From: Podarcis tiliguerta
Taxonomy: Eukaryota
NCBI GenBank assembly: GCA_965153285.1
Contig: OZ229110.1
DNA length: 64,000 bases
Direction: 5' to 3' (one strand)
The notes beneath the pieces were generated by a model that did no database searches, was not told the DNA's origin, and saw nothing but the letters and a program-made list of their open reading frames with translations. Below, one piece after another: positions 25,201 through 35,418 of the stretch (position 1 is the first letter of the stretch; each line of letters starts with the position of its first letter). Both the position numbers and the translations under genes were made by a program.

Positions 25201-28200
25201 AAAGCTGTTCCCTCATTTGAGCCCCCACCTGCAGTCTGAAGTGGTTGAGATAGAGGCCTAAACGAGAGGAGCAGACAGCATAAATGGGAATTCCTTTCAA
25301 ATCCATAATTCACACTTTGGACCCAACTTGTCTTCCCATATGCCACTTCTTGGAAGGTTGCTACAAACTGGGGGAAATGAACAGAGCACATTGCAGCCAC
25401 GAGGGTGGCTTAGCCATTTCAGACCCTCTCCATGAGTGTGTTGCTGATGGGCCTGTTTTCACAATTAGGAGTGCCAAAGGCTTTCCAGTAACATAGGCAG
25501 GAAAAAGAGGTGCCTTGGCAACACATCCTTGCTTAGTCTCTTTGTTCCTGAAGGTGGGTCTAGAACACTTCAGGGAAATAGATTTCGGATAAAATTTTCT
25601 GGAGAAACTTTGTAATGGAAAGAGCTGTTTGGCAGTGGGACAGACTGCCTCAGACTGCCTTCATTGGAGGTGTTTCAACATCCTGGTTACAGCCTGGTTA
25701 CAGGGAACCAGGCAGAGGGCCTTCTTGGTAGTGGCACCCGCCCTGTGGAACGCCCTCCCACCAGATGTCAAAGAGAAAAACAACTACCAGACTTTTAGGG
25801 AAGCTTTTAATGTTTAATAGGTTATTGTATTTTAATATTCTGTTGGAAGCCACCCAGAGTGGCTTGGGAAACCCAGCCAGATGGGCGGGGTATAAATAAT
25901 ATATTATTATTATTGATATTATTATCTGAATGGCTATCTATCAGAGAGGCTGCACTGCAGATCCTGCACAGAGAAGGTGGCTGTGCAACTGATTACCTCC
26001 AAAATCCCTTCTAACTCTTTGCTTCTCCTTGGCAATAGGAGCTGGAAATTAAACAATAGCTCTCCTTCCTTCACAGCTTTGAGGTAGCAAAAAATTCCCA
26101 GTGCTTAATGTGGGAGAGTGTGTTGGTGATCTTTTTTCTTTCTTTCCTTTTCCCCTTTTGCTTGTTTTAAGGCAACTGGCAGCCAGATCGGAATGATTGT
26201 GAACTCTGTCACCAACATTGGGGTGGCCATTGTTATTGCTTTCCTCTTCAGTTGGAAGCTCAGCTTGGTCATCATCTGCTTCTTGCCATTCCTGGCTTTA
26301 TCTGGTGTGGTGCAGTCTCAGATGCTAACAGGGTTTGCCTCTCAGGACAAAGAAGCATTGGAAGCAACTGGGAAGGTAATGTTTAAAACAACTACAAAAA
26401 AGCACATCATTTAAGATTAAATGAGATGGTGAGTAACAATGCAATCATCCAGTGTTGTCAATGATAACAGGCATTTTGGGCCTGGCATAGTCATGTAGGG
26501 TTGAAATGTCCGCCCCCCCCCCGCCCCCCGCTACTTGTCAAGCAGTATTTTAAAGTCTCTATTCCTTGGAAGCCTGATTTTTCTTCTCAGAAGGGCAGTG
26601 TGAGGGTAAATAAAGTGTTTAGCTTCTGGTTGCAACTGGTTGGATAGAGTTGAAAGACACATTTGGCATTGCATATATGGGCATCCAAATCACAAAGGGG
26701 TGTGTGCTTTAAGTGGGCCTTGGCATGTACTGGCAGCCAGTGTAGCTGGTACACAATCGATCTTACATATTTCCTTAGCCTCCACAAGCAACTTCAGTTT
26801 GCACCAGCTGAGGCTTCTGAACTGTCTGCAAAAGGCAGCCCTGTGTAGAGTGGTTACAGTAGTCTAATCTGGATGTAACCAGGACTACGTCTGCAGGGAT
26901 GCAGCCAGAGAATCAGCCAAAGCTGCTAAAAGTTTGATAATAAGACTGAAAGCAACAGTATAGCTACGCAGAACAAATGACATAAAAGCATACAACGAGA
27001 GAACGGTGTCTGTCCACAGCTGTTACCAGCAACTTAAGAATGTGATAAGGAATAGGAGCAGAACAAGCTAAGACAAGCCATTTGTTTGTTTAGCTCTATT
27101 GTCAATGTGTACTTAAGATGCTTATGTAGACAGCATCACCCTCGCCCAGATATGAGATCCCATGCCAGGAATTGTTTCTTGCCCAATATTGGAAAAGTCA
27201 CCAGTACAGTAAAAAACAATTATTAGATTAGGAAACCTGGGGTCAGGCCTTGGTCAGATTCTGAAATTAGCTGCAGTAAGAGGGCCAGAAGGCAAGAACA
27301 TGGGCAAATATATGCTAGTAGTCAGGTTCCAATGGTAGCAGCCAAGGATCAGAGAGACAGAATTTAAGGATATGATCAAAGACAGGGCCAGAGGTGGAGC
27401 ACATGGTCAAAAGCAAAGTAAGTCTGTGTGGCTATTCAATGAGGCAAGTTCCTCAGGCTGAGGAGCTGATTTGGGTATGAGGGCCTAGAGTGTCTCCATT
27501 GGCCTGACCTTGGTAAGTTCAACTGAATCAGTTCAAAACTAGAGATTCTTAGTAAACTGGTGTGGAAACCAAACTTACACTTTAAAACTATANNNNNNNN
27601 NNNNNNNNNNNNNNNNNNNNNNNNNNNNNNNNNNNNNNNNNNNNNNNNNNNNNNNNNNNNNNNNNNNNNNNNNNNNNNNNNNNNNNNNNNNNNNNNNNNN
27701 NNNNNNNNNNNNNNNNNNNNNNNNNNNNNNNNNNNNNNNNNNNNNNNNNNNNNNNNNNNNNNNNNNNNNNNNNNNNNNNNNNNNNNNNNNNNNNNNNNNN
27801 NNNNNNNNNNNNNNNNNNNNNNNNNNNNNNNNNNNNNNNNNNNNNNNNNNNNNNNNNNNNNNNNNNNNNNNNNNNNNNNNNNNNNNNNNNNNNNNNNNNN
27901 NNNNNNNNNNNNNNNNNNNNNNNNNNNNNNNNNNNNNNNNNNNNNNNNNNNNNNNNNNNNNNNNNNNNNNNNNNNNNNNNNNNNNNNNNNNNNNNNNNNN
28001 NNNNNNNNNNNNNNNNNNNNNNNNNNNNNNNNNNNNNNNNNNNNNNNNNNNNNNNNNNNNNNNNNNNNNNNNNNNNNNNNNNNNNNNNNNNNNNNNNNNN
28101 NNNNNNNNNNNNNNNNNNNNNNNNNNNNNNNNNNNNNNNNNNNNNNNNNNNNNNNNNNNNNNNNNNNNNNNNNNNNNNNNNNNNNNNCCAGATGTATGGC

Positions 28201-30786
28201 CCATATCTCTCACACTGACATCTAACAGATCTTTGCTACTCCTCCATTTCTTTTTCTTTTCAACAGATTTCCAATGAAGCACTTGCAAACATCAGGACTG
28301 TCGCAGGAATTGGGAAGGAGAAAAAATTTATTGAAGCATATGAGAAAGAGCTGGAGGTCCCTTACAGAGCAGCAGTCAAAAAAGCAAATGTTTATGGATT
28401 CTGCTTTGGTTTTGCACAGAGTATTCTGTTTATAGCCAATTCGGTCTCCTATCGGTATGGAGGATTTTTAGTTGACAAGGAAGGACTTCACTACAGCTAT
28501 GTGTTTAGGTAAAGGAACAGAAACACACCCACACAAATTATCTTTCCCAAATAGAACCTGTTAGTTGATCGTGCATTCTCAACAGACACATTTGTGGGCA
28601 TGATAAAACTGAATGACAACTCAATGTTAAGAGACAGTATATCTCTGGATATATAAATTATTGGAGACCAACCATGGGGAGGGGGGAGGCTGTTGCCTTC
28701 CAGCCTTGCTTGACATAGTTGGCAGGCCACTGATGGAAACAGAATAGTAGACCTTGAGCTCTTCTTCCTAAGTATCATGTAAGCTGACGTCTTTCCTTCT
28801 TGATTTCAGGGTGATTTCTGCTATTGTGACCAGTGGAACTGCATTAGGAAGAGCATCCTCCTATACGCCAAATTATGCCAAAGCAAAAATAGCCGCAGCT
28901 CGCTTTTTTCAGCTGGTGGATCGTGCTCCCCAAATCAGTGTTTACAGTGATGCTGGAGAAAAATGGGTAAGAGCAGAAATTCATGTTATTAGAATCACAT
29001 AATTGTAGCATCCGAAGGTCATCCAGTTCAATCTTCTGTACTGGAGCAAAGAAGATTATAGTGTGTCAAGAACATAAAATTAGAGCAATACGAGGTCCGC
29101 TGATACCTTGAGGGCACAGAGTATGTTTGATTAAAGAAAACCACATTGGCTTGAACAAATAATACGTGCCCAGGGTAAGGCAATTTGGGGTCAATTGTAG
29201 TTTGAATAAAGTTAGTGCACATACCCCAGGCACCATGAATGTGGCCCAACTTTTCATTGTGCTCTCAGCTTTAGAAGAAGGAATTCTTTAAGTGATGATT
29301 CCTGGTAACTCATCTGATAAATTTCTCCCCGTCTCAAGATTTATATGCTCTTTGTCCCTCCAATCTTAGCTCCTTGTTAAGTCCTCCCAACATACTATTG
29401 TTCTTGCAGTCTTCTGTGAGCACTGATGTTCTGAAAGTTAGACATTTCTAAGGTCCTCAAGGCACCTTGTGAAAAATAGGCGGTGTGATTAAAACTGATT
29501 AGAAACTAAACCAACAACATAAAAAAACCAGAATTAAAAAACAAACAACCAGATGGTAGCGACTAAGGAGGAATAATATCGTCAAACCTCCTGGTTTAAC
29601 AGGCAGCAATTGTGGGTTTCCTTTTTCTTTGTCTGCAAAAAATGTGGTCTGTTAGGAAATCTTTCCTAGGAAGAAGGGGAAGCAGCTGTGCTTTGAGGAC
29701 CCTTGTGAACCCAGTGCCAGCATAGCCATGTACCTGCTATAGCACTGGCATGGGGGGGAGGGCTGAGACACAGTGGCCATCGCAGAGCATTTGCTTTGAA
29801 TGCAGAAGGTCCCCAGTTCATTTCCTTCCATTCTCTGGGTATGTACCCTGTCTAGATCCCTGGATAGTCATAGCCAGCATGCATGGACAACTCTTCAGGC
29901 CATTTAGAACTTGTGGGAAATGTTTCCACCTGAAACAAAGCCATGAACTGAGCAGCTCCACAGAATTTTACTTAGCTTCCTAGTGAAAGTTCACACCACA
30001 TAATAACTCTTCAGCAGAGTAGATTATGGGCTCACCATGTTTGCCACCTGCTTACTGCAGCCATCACACAATGACTTGAATATGTGCGAGTGAAGTATTG
30101 ATTTGGCATTAAGTGGTGTCTTTCTTCAATATTAATTAAAAGTCGTACCTGAGACAAAATGTTGCAAAATGTGGAGGTTCAGAATACTCTATTCCATTGC
30201 TCTTCCACCTGGTTTTCTGTCATTCCCGCCCAACCAAACCAGTCAATCAGCATTTTGTGGCTGCTGTGCGTGCTCAGCCTTCTTGGGGCTATTTTTGCAG
30301 CCCCTCCCACCCTTTTGGGGTTTTCTCCGTAAAGGTTTTTGCACTTGTGCAAACCTTGGGGCTCCCCAGAACCTACTAACACCTCCCTCTTATGTGTGTT
30401 TGTGTGTGTGGTGCCATTCTGACGCATAAGGCCTGGCTCCCACTTCATTCCTCCTTGGCGCAAGTGGAGCAACAAACCATGGTCCTTAGCTTAGCATACC
30501 CAAAGCAGGCTTCGGGTTGTGTCAAGTCAAACACGCCAAAGCATGGTCTGAAGCTAAGGCTCGTTCTCGGCTTCCTGATCATGTCTTGTTTGAGAGAAAA
30601 CAAACCACAGTACCTGGACGCAGACATCAACTCTAAGCCAAGAATTCTGGCTTGTTGCTGCCACAAGAGCTAAGGGAGGAATGAAGTGTGAGCTGTCTGC
30701 TCCTACATGGTAAGCCATGATGTGCGAAGCAGCCCACAGTTGGTCACTTTGATTCCACAAAAGAAAAGTGGAAGGTATCACTATAG

Positions 30787-30818
<32 letters not shown>

Positions 30819-33800
30819 GGAAGAAGAAGATGAAGAGTTTGGATTTGATATCCCGCTTTATCACTACCCGAAGGAGTCTCAAAGCGGCTAACATTCTCCT
30901 TTCCCTTCCTTCCCCACAACAAACATCCTGTGAGGTGAGTGGGGCTGAGAGACTTCAAAGAAGTGTGACTGGCCCAAGGTCACCCAGCAGCTGCATGTGG
31001 AGGAGCAGAGACTCGAACCCGGTTCCCCAGATTACGAGACTACCGCTCTTAACCACTACACCACACTGGCGAGAGAGAGAGAGAGAGAGAGAATGTGTGT
31101 GAATACAATATTTCTTGATGAAGGCAAATTTATCAAATGAAGGGCCTGGTGTTGCCTGGTAACAGCAATCACTTTATTTTGCCCTTCAGAACTCTGTACA
31201 AGCCACAGACTGTAATGCTGGATATGTAATGGACACCTGCACGTCATGAATTTCCTGTGCCTCATTTTGTCATGGTGCAAATATGAGGAACTTAGGCAAT
31301 ACTTGCAGAGAAAGGTGTATTAGGAATCCTGCGCCACTTCCTTTGGCTATTGAAAGTTGGCTGTTCTTTAACAAATGAGGCACAAATGACTCACTAAAAA
31401 AAATGCACAAAGCAGTTCATCAAGATTCATGAATTTGTAAACTGGCGGCTGTTAGAATGGTTTCACAACATGTACAGAACGGAAACCTCAGTGATATAGC
31501 TCACCCCGCAGAATGAACGATAGGAGAGAGTGGACTTCTCTGATATTGGGCCATACAGTACAAGGAATGACACCAGCCTCTGTTGCTTCATTGGCTCTTC
31601 TTTTTGGTTCAGCATCTTCAGGAACCGGACGCTGCTGCTTCAGAATTATTTCAGCCATCATACACATAAAAGTAATGTGAAAACCACTTTCCTTCCTATT
31701 GCGCTAGGGGCAATACGCTAGGTTCATTCTGAGGAGTGTCTGACTCAGAAATGACATGGAATATATTTTTAAAAGTAGTGGTATTTGTGGGGGCAAGTCC
31801 CAGGCAGCAGTCCTATGCACACTTATATGAGTAAGCCCCATTTGAACGAAGCGGGTGCTATTCAGTGTTAGAGCAGATGCGCTGAAATCAAAGAGATTAA
31901 ATGACTTACGTAAGTCTGTTGCCAGTTGATCAATCAGTGCAGTTATTCAACTCAATCTCACAGGTTCAGTGTGTCTCCAGATTAATAATTTGGGTAACAG
32001 CAAACCAAAGCTCCAGGACTCAGGATTGTTAGCAGGCTTTGCCAACCTAGCGCTCTCCAAATGATTTGGACCACAACTTCCATCAGCTCCAGCAACCTGT
32101 GCAGGTTGCACACATGCTGACTCCCACTTCCTTGTGCCTAATTTGATGGGAAAGAGACTTAAAGCTCTTAGTTTACATGGAAAATGAGCAAATGGTTTAC
32201 TTTTCTCAGTGATGCTGGTGCTGTGACCGCAGGAAACAACAAAGTTGGTAGAGGTCAGCTGCAATCAATGTCAACATGTCTTTTAAACCTTCCACACTGT
32301 ACGGAACGTGTTATATTTTTGCAGCCTGGGGCCTGGGTTGTTTTTTTTTATTGCAGTGTCAATGTTGCAAATGTTGCAAATCTGATTGAAATATGCATGA
32401 GGTTATTTCCTTCTACCACAAAGTGGTAGATTTTTCTCCTTTTAACCAATGTCTTGTATGTTCCCACACTAAGGTGCAACTGTCTCCTTACTCAGTGAGG
32501 TTTTGCAACCTGCAAATTGATTTAGGTTCCATCTGCTTATCATTTAAGAGCTACATGGCTAATTGGTTTTAAAAGTGTAATTGATCGTGACAGTTCTAGG
32601 AATAGTGGTAATAGTAATCATTACTTCCATAAGAGTCATTTGTGAATTCAGTTCAACCACACCCAGAACATTCTCTCTCCCTCTCTCTCTCCCTTTGTAT
32701 AATCAGGATAACTTTCGTGGAAGCATTGAATTCTTGAACTGCAAGTTCACATATCCCTCTCGTCCCAACGTCCAAGTGCTAAATGGTCTTTCGGTGTCTG
32801 TGAAATCTGGACAGACCCTTGCCTTTGTTGGAAGTAGTGGATGTGGCAAAAGTACCAGTGTCCAACTTCTGGAACGTTTTTATGACCCTGAGGAAGGAAG
32901 AGTGGTATGTAGCCTTCTCTGCTTTCATACATAGTAAAAGAGTGCTGAAGCATTGTTATAAAGCAAACCCTCAGTTCTCCCATCATGGCCCCCTGAACCC
33001 AGCAGTTGGAGGACGCAGAAGCAGCCAGTTCTGGTTTCAGTGCATGAAGTGATTGGATGAGAACTCCTAGGGGAACCTTTCCTGACCATCAGTGCTTATG
33101 GGGCCAGAGCCTGGACTCTCGCGGACATTTCCCCCTAAGGGAGCAGGTGCATCTGCAAATCACCCAGCTTGCAGTGCAGGGAATACACCAGGTGGGAGGT
33201 CATGGAATAAAAGAGGAGTGAAGAGATACTTCAAATATAATTTTACTTAAAGGGGTTTAAGCATTCAGCATAGATTCATGTGAAAATTATTTAGTAAGCT
33301 CAGTGTAAGCTTAACTTAAAATTTAAAACTGAGGTTCCCTTACGACGGCGCCAATAGTCCATAAATAAATATTTTGTCTTTTCTGGTTTTTTTCCTGTGC
33401 AGTTGATAGATGGACATGACAGCAAGAAAGTAAATGTCCGCTTTCTGAGATCTAAAATTGGGATAGTGTCCCAGGAACCTGTGCTGTTTGGCTGTAGCAT
33501 TGCTGACAATATAAAATACGGCGATAACACCAGAGAGATTTCTATGGAAGAAGTGATAGCAGCAGCTAAGAAGGCCCAGCTGCATGACTTCGTCATATCG
33601 CTTCCTGACGTAAGCATCTTTTTCTTCACTAGTGTTCAGTGTTGTGAAAGGGAACGGTGGCTAAATAAGGAATCCATGGTGTGTGAGTCACAGAATCTCA
33701 ACCATTTTCCTAGATGCAGCTATGCACATGCTATAATATACTCCTGAACAGCAGCTCACCTTTGGACAGCCAGTGTGGTGTAGCAGTTAGAGTTGTGGGA

Positions 33801-35418
33801 CTAAAAGCGAGGAAACCCAGGTTCAAATCCCTTCTCATCCATAAAGTTCACTGGCTGACCTTGGTCCAGTCGCCATCTCTCAGTTACTTCACAGGTTTAT
33901 TGTGGGGATAAAACGTGGATTACTCTCTGCCCTGAGAAAGTTTCCATATCCCAAGGGTAGTTCATATCACCAATAAAACACGAATAAGAGTTGTTTCATG
34001 CCACATTGCCTCCACAAGCAGCACCATTATTTTCTTCCAGTACTGCAGCACTGTGCATATTTCTGATGGTAAAAGGAGTTGCTTAAAATTCAGCCAATGT
34101 ATGTTTTCCAGCAATACAAAACTAACGTTGGCTCTCAGGGATCGCTGCTCTCTCGTGGGCAAAAGCAGCGCATCGCTATCGCCCGAGCCATCATCCGAGA
34201 TCCCAAGATCTTGCTACTGGATGAAGCAACATCTGCTCTGGATACCGAAAGTGAACAGGTAAAGAGGAGGGAGAGTAAACCACGTGGACTGAGAAACAAC
34301 AACATAGCGCAAGTAGGGCAATTCATACTTGCATATTAACCTTTTGATGACGAGTAAGTCATCCTCACAGATGAAACTTTGCAAGCAGAACTTTCTTACC
34401 AACCTTCTTCACTGTAAATTTACACTTTGCTCCTTGGTTGTTGGGGCAAAGCTATTTCACCATGACTGAATCCCATACCGTATCTTAAGGCCAGCTGTGA
34501 AGGAATGGTTCTGTAGCATCAGTCATGCCTCAAAGATAACAAATGAATAGGATGAAAAAGAGCTGCTCTCTCAATTGTGAATCACTGTGTGTAGAAACAT
34601 TTCTTTGGTTCTTTCCTCTCCCGTACATTCATGTGATGATCATGTGATGACTTTCTTAATAATTAGACTGAATGCTTGCGTGTAAAGGTAAAAGGTAAAG
34701 GACCCCTGGATTGTTAAGTCTAGTCAAAGGTGACTATGGGGTGTGGCGCTAATATCCGCTTTCAGGCCGAGGGAGCTGGTGTTTATCCGCAAACAGCTTT
34801 TCCGGGTCATGTGGCCAGCATGACTAAACCGCTTCTGGTGCACAGGACACCATGATGAGTGCCAGAGTACATGGAAATGCTGTTTGCCTTCCCACCACAG
34901 TGGTACCTATTTATCTACTTGTGCTGGTATGCTTTTGAACTGCTAGGTTGGCAGGAGCTGGGACAGAGCAATGGGAGCTCACCCTGTCATGCAGATTCAA
35001 ACCATTGACCTTATGATCAGCAAGCCCAAAAGGCTCAGTGGTTTAGAGCACAGCGCCACTTCAGGGGAGAAAGGACTTATTTGGTTACATATATATATAT
35101 ATATATTAATTATGTGAATGACCAGATTAGAATGCAATTGCCAGGATCAACATCGAGATACTCTGCGGAAAGTTGCCTTTACTACCTTTACTTTGTCACT
35201 TTCTCCCTTGTCTTCAGACTGTGCAGGCTGCACTGGATAAAGCTAGAGAAGGCCGAACGTGCATCGTCATAGCTCACCGCCTTTCTACCATTCAGCATTC
35301 TGATATCATAGCTGTCATGTCGCAAGGAGTGATCGTTGAAAAGGGCACTCATGAAGAACTGATGGCCCAGCAAGGGGCATACTACAAACTGGTTACCACT
35401 GGGGCACCTATCAGCTGA
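685..35418 (+). CDS. ABCB11: Bile salt export pump ABCB11/BSEP, 5'-partial spliced CDS (25 exons, equivalent to human exons 4-28)
   Basis: Exons joined by hand keep one open frame to TGA at 35416-35418. Two TMDs and two NBDs: Walker [10 protein letters not shown] and GSSGCGKST; NBD1 Walker [12 protein letters not shown] with Met replacing the catalytic Glu (ABCB11 hallmark); signatures MSGGQ and LSRGQ; C-terminus [12 protein letters not shown]. Most exon lengths match human ABCB11 as recalled; synteny with G6PC2 and SPC25. Confidence 0.97.
963..1302 (-). mobile_element. Sauria SINE
   Basis: AAAGGT tail (reverse of ACCTTT); body similar to the other copies in the window. Confidence 0.85.
1686..1927 (+). 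CDS. ABCB11: ABCB11 exon 5 equivalent
   Basis: taaag|TTT...GG|gtaagt; [12 protein letters not shown]...[12 protein letters not shown]...SCG. Confidence 0.93.
3368..3455 (+). CDS. ABCB11: ABCB11 exon 6 equivalent
   Basis: ttcag|G...CAG|gtcagt; [29 protein letters not shown], 88 nt. Confidence 0.93.
3463..3687. mobile_element. Tc1/mariner-type MITE, family A
   Basis: 18-bp TIR CAGTGGTACCTCAGGTTA, TA TSD; near-identical copies at 43185 and 48310. Confidence 0.9.
4443..4856. mobile_element. Tc1/mariner-superfamily (Tc2-like) non-autonomous element
   Basis: TIR ctgtacttttctgtgtataaga / tcttatacacggaaaagtacga, TA on both sides. Confidence 0.75.
5156..5289 (+). CDS. ABCB11: ABCB11 exon 7 equivalent
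   Basis: tacag|ATC...GA|gtgagt; [33 protein letters not shown], 134 nt. Confidence 0.93.
5461..5897. repeat. Older AT-rich interspersed repeat, related to the host element at 12062-13107
   Basis: Shares degenerate segments (gagaaaattggtttgaatttgca...aaaccaaaactgatggatttgtccatc) with that element. Confidence 0.5.
6666..6837 (+). CDS. ABCB11: ABCB11 exon 8 equivalent
   Basis: cacag|T...CTG|gtaaga; [12 protein letters not shown]...[16 protein letters not shown], 172 nt. Confidence 0.93.
7795..7919 (+). CDS. ABCB11: ABCB11 exon 9 equivalent
   Basis: tttag|GCT...AG|gttggt; [36 protein letters not shown], 125 nt. Confidence 0.93.
8092..8664. mobile_element. Tc1/mariner-type non-autonomous element with internal (CT)n and (TATC)n
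   Basis: TA|caggcatccccc ... ggggagaatgcctg|TA. Confidence 0.7.
8533..8598. repeat. (TATC)n microsatellite
   Basis: Seen directly. Confidence 0.9.
9080..9254 (+). CDS. ABCB11: ABCB11 exon 10 equivalent
   Basis: cgcag|A...CAG|gtaagg; [16 protein letters not shown]...LAFWYGSKL, 175 nt. Confidence 0.93.
9987..10100 (+). CDS. ABCB11: ABCB11 exon 11 equivalent
   Basis: ttcag|GTT...AAA|gtgagt; [38 protein letters not shown]. Confidence 0.93.
11297..11407 (+). CDS. ABCB11: ABCB11 exon 12 equivalent
   Basis: cccag|AAA...AAG|gtaaga; [37 protein letters not shown]. Confidence 0.93.
11517..11642 (+). CDS. ABCB11: ABCB11 exon 13 equivalent (NBD1 Walker A)
   Basis: tccag|ATT...ATG|gtgaga; GPSGAGKST. 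Confidence 0.94.
11801..12053. mobile_element. hAT-type MITE
   Basis: TIR aggggtaggcaacc / ggttgctgacccctg; 8-bp TSD gtatagag / gtatatag. Confidence 0.75.
12232..12613 (-). mobile_element. Sauria SINE
   Basis: AAAGGT tail; 14-bp TSD catagaatagggta / catagagtagggta. Confidence 0.88.
12826..13099. mobile_element. Tc1/mariner-type MITE, family B
   Basis: TA|cagtggtacctcgcaa ... ttgcgaggcaccactg|TA; internal repeats of cgcaagacgaa. Confidence 0.85.
13199..13402 (+). CDS. ABCB11: ABCB11 exon 14 equivalent (Q-loop)
   Basis: tgtag|ATT...GGG|gtaagg; [30 protein letters not shown], 204 nt. Confidence 0.94.
14640..14810 (+). CDS. ABCB11: ABCB11 exon 15 equivalent (signature, degenerate Walker B, D-loop)
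   Basis: tttag|AAA...AAG|gtttgg; [36 protein letters not shown]. Confidence 0.94.
16105..16407. mobile_element. hAT-type MITE, CpG-rich
   Basis: 17-bp TIR CAGTGGCGTAGCGTGGG (1 mismatch); perfect 8-bp TSD ccacacac. Confidence 0.88.
16494..16695 (+). CDS. ABCB11: ABCB11 exon 16 equivalent (H-loop), ending at a GC donor
   Basis: tttag|GCT...CAAA|gcaagt; [20 protein letters not shown]. The 202-nt phase-1 end is needed to stay in frame with the next exon. Confidence 0.88.
17435..17498 (+). CDS. ABCB11: ABCB11 exon 17 equivalent (linker)
   Basis: tacag|CAG...AG|gtaagc; [21 protein letters not shown], 64 nt. Confidence 0.88.
18148..18283 (+). CDS. ABCB11: ABCB11 exon 18 equivalent (linker)
   Basis: catag|A...AAG|gtcatt; [19 protein letters not shown]...[10 protein letters not shown]. 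Confidence 0.85.
18424..18588 (+). CDS. ABCB11: ABCB11 exon 19 equivalent
   Basis: tttag|GAG...GGA|gtaggt; [39 protein letters not shown]. Confidence 0.93.
19254..19294. repeat. (CA)n microsatellite
   Basis: Seen directly. Confidence 0.9.
19615..19757 (+). mobile_element. tRNA-Lys-derived SINE with CR1-type 3' end
   Basis: Head tagctcagtc..tagagcatg..actcttaatctcagggtc..gggttcgag resembles tRNA-Lys(CTT); tail attctatgattct. Confidence 0.75.
20462..20699 (+). mobile_element. tRNA-derived SINE (Ther1/MIR-related, Squam3-like)
   Basis: gagagccagtgtggtgtagtggttaagagc head with A/B boxes; homologous to copies at 30820 and 44638. Confidence 0.8.
22347..22572 (-). mobile_element. 5'-truncated non-LTR retrotransposon 3' end (L1-like)
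   Basis: Perfect 13-bp TSD caaatacatttca (22334-22346 / 22573-22585); T/A-rich tail at the left end. Confidence 0.6.
22806..23170 (-). mobile_element. Full-length Sauria SINE
   Basis: GGGACGCGGGTGG head on -, (ACCTTT)n tail, perfect 14-bp TSD taagaagtgctgta. Confidence 0.92.
23568..23672 (+). CDS. ABCB11: ABCB11 exon 20 equivalent
   Basis: aaaag|ACC...CAG|gtaaat; [35 protein letters not shown]. Confidence 0.93.
23778..23939 (+). CDS. ABCB11: ABCB11 exon 21 equivalent
   Basis: ttcag|GGA...GGG|gtaaga; [17 protein letters not shown]...[10 protein letters not shown]. Confidence 0.93.
24032..24755 (-). mobile_element. Solo LTR, 724 bp
   Basis: TG...CA termini, 4-bp TSD TTAT on both sides, AATAAA on - near the 3' end. 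Confidence 0.7.
25695..25925 (+). mobile_element. LINE (L2-like) 3' end
   Basis: ggaagccacccagagtggct...gatgggcggggtataaataat(att)n; related pieces at ~2960-3085, 17636-17697 (-), 44510-44960 and 57270-57432. Confidence 0.6.
26172..26375 (+). CDS. ABCB11: ABCB11 exon 22 equivalent
   Basis: ttaag|GCA...AAG|gtaatg; [12 protein letters not shown]...SWKLSLVI. Confidence 0.93.
27593..28188. other. Assembly gap (596 N)
   Basis: Run of N inside an ABCB11 intron; flanking exons remain in frame. Confidence 0.99.
28267..28508 (+). CDS. ABCB11: ABCB11 exon 23 equivalent
   Basis: aacag|ATT...AG|gtaaag; [18 protein letters not shown]...SYRYGG, 242 nt. Confidence 0.93.
28810..28966 (+). CDS. ABCB11: ABCB11 exon 24 equivalent
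   Basis: ttcag|G...TGG|gtaaga; [26 protein letters not shown]. Confidence 0.93.
30820..31070 (-). mobile_element. Squam3-like SINE inside an (AG)n microsatellite
   Basis: (GAA)n tail on +; homologous to the 20462 copy; (AG)n on both flanks. Confidence 0.82.
32707..32904 (+). CDS. ABCB11: ABCB11 exon 25 equivalent (NBD2 Walker A)
   Basis: atcag|GAT...GTG|gtatgt; GSSGCGKST. Confidence 0.94.
33403..33609 (+). CDS. ABCB11: ABCB11 exon 26 equivalent
   Basis: tgcag|TTG...GAC|gtaagc; [29 protein letters not shown]. Confidence 0.94.
34112..34258 (+). CDS. ABCB11: ABCB11 exon 27 equivalent
   Basis: tccag|CAA...CAG|gtaaag; [36 protein letters not shown]. Confidence 0.94.
34684..35060 (-). mobile_element. 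Sauria SINE
   Basis: AAAGGT tail; homologous body. Confidence 0.85.
35218..35418 (+). CDS. ABCB11: ABCB11 last coding exon
   Basis: ttcag|ACT...TGA; [23 protein letters not shown]...[14 protein letters not shown]. Confidence 0.95.
   Translation, partial: TVQAALDKAREGRTCIVIAHRLSTIQHSDIIAVMSQGVIVEKGTHEELMAQQGAYYKLVTTGAPIS

Noticed and set aside
27560-28288. 221-aa and 237-aa ORFs
   Set aside because: Artefacts of the N gap; no ABCB11 exon appears to be missing there.
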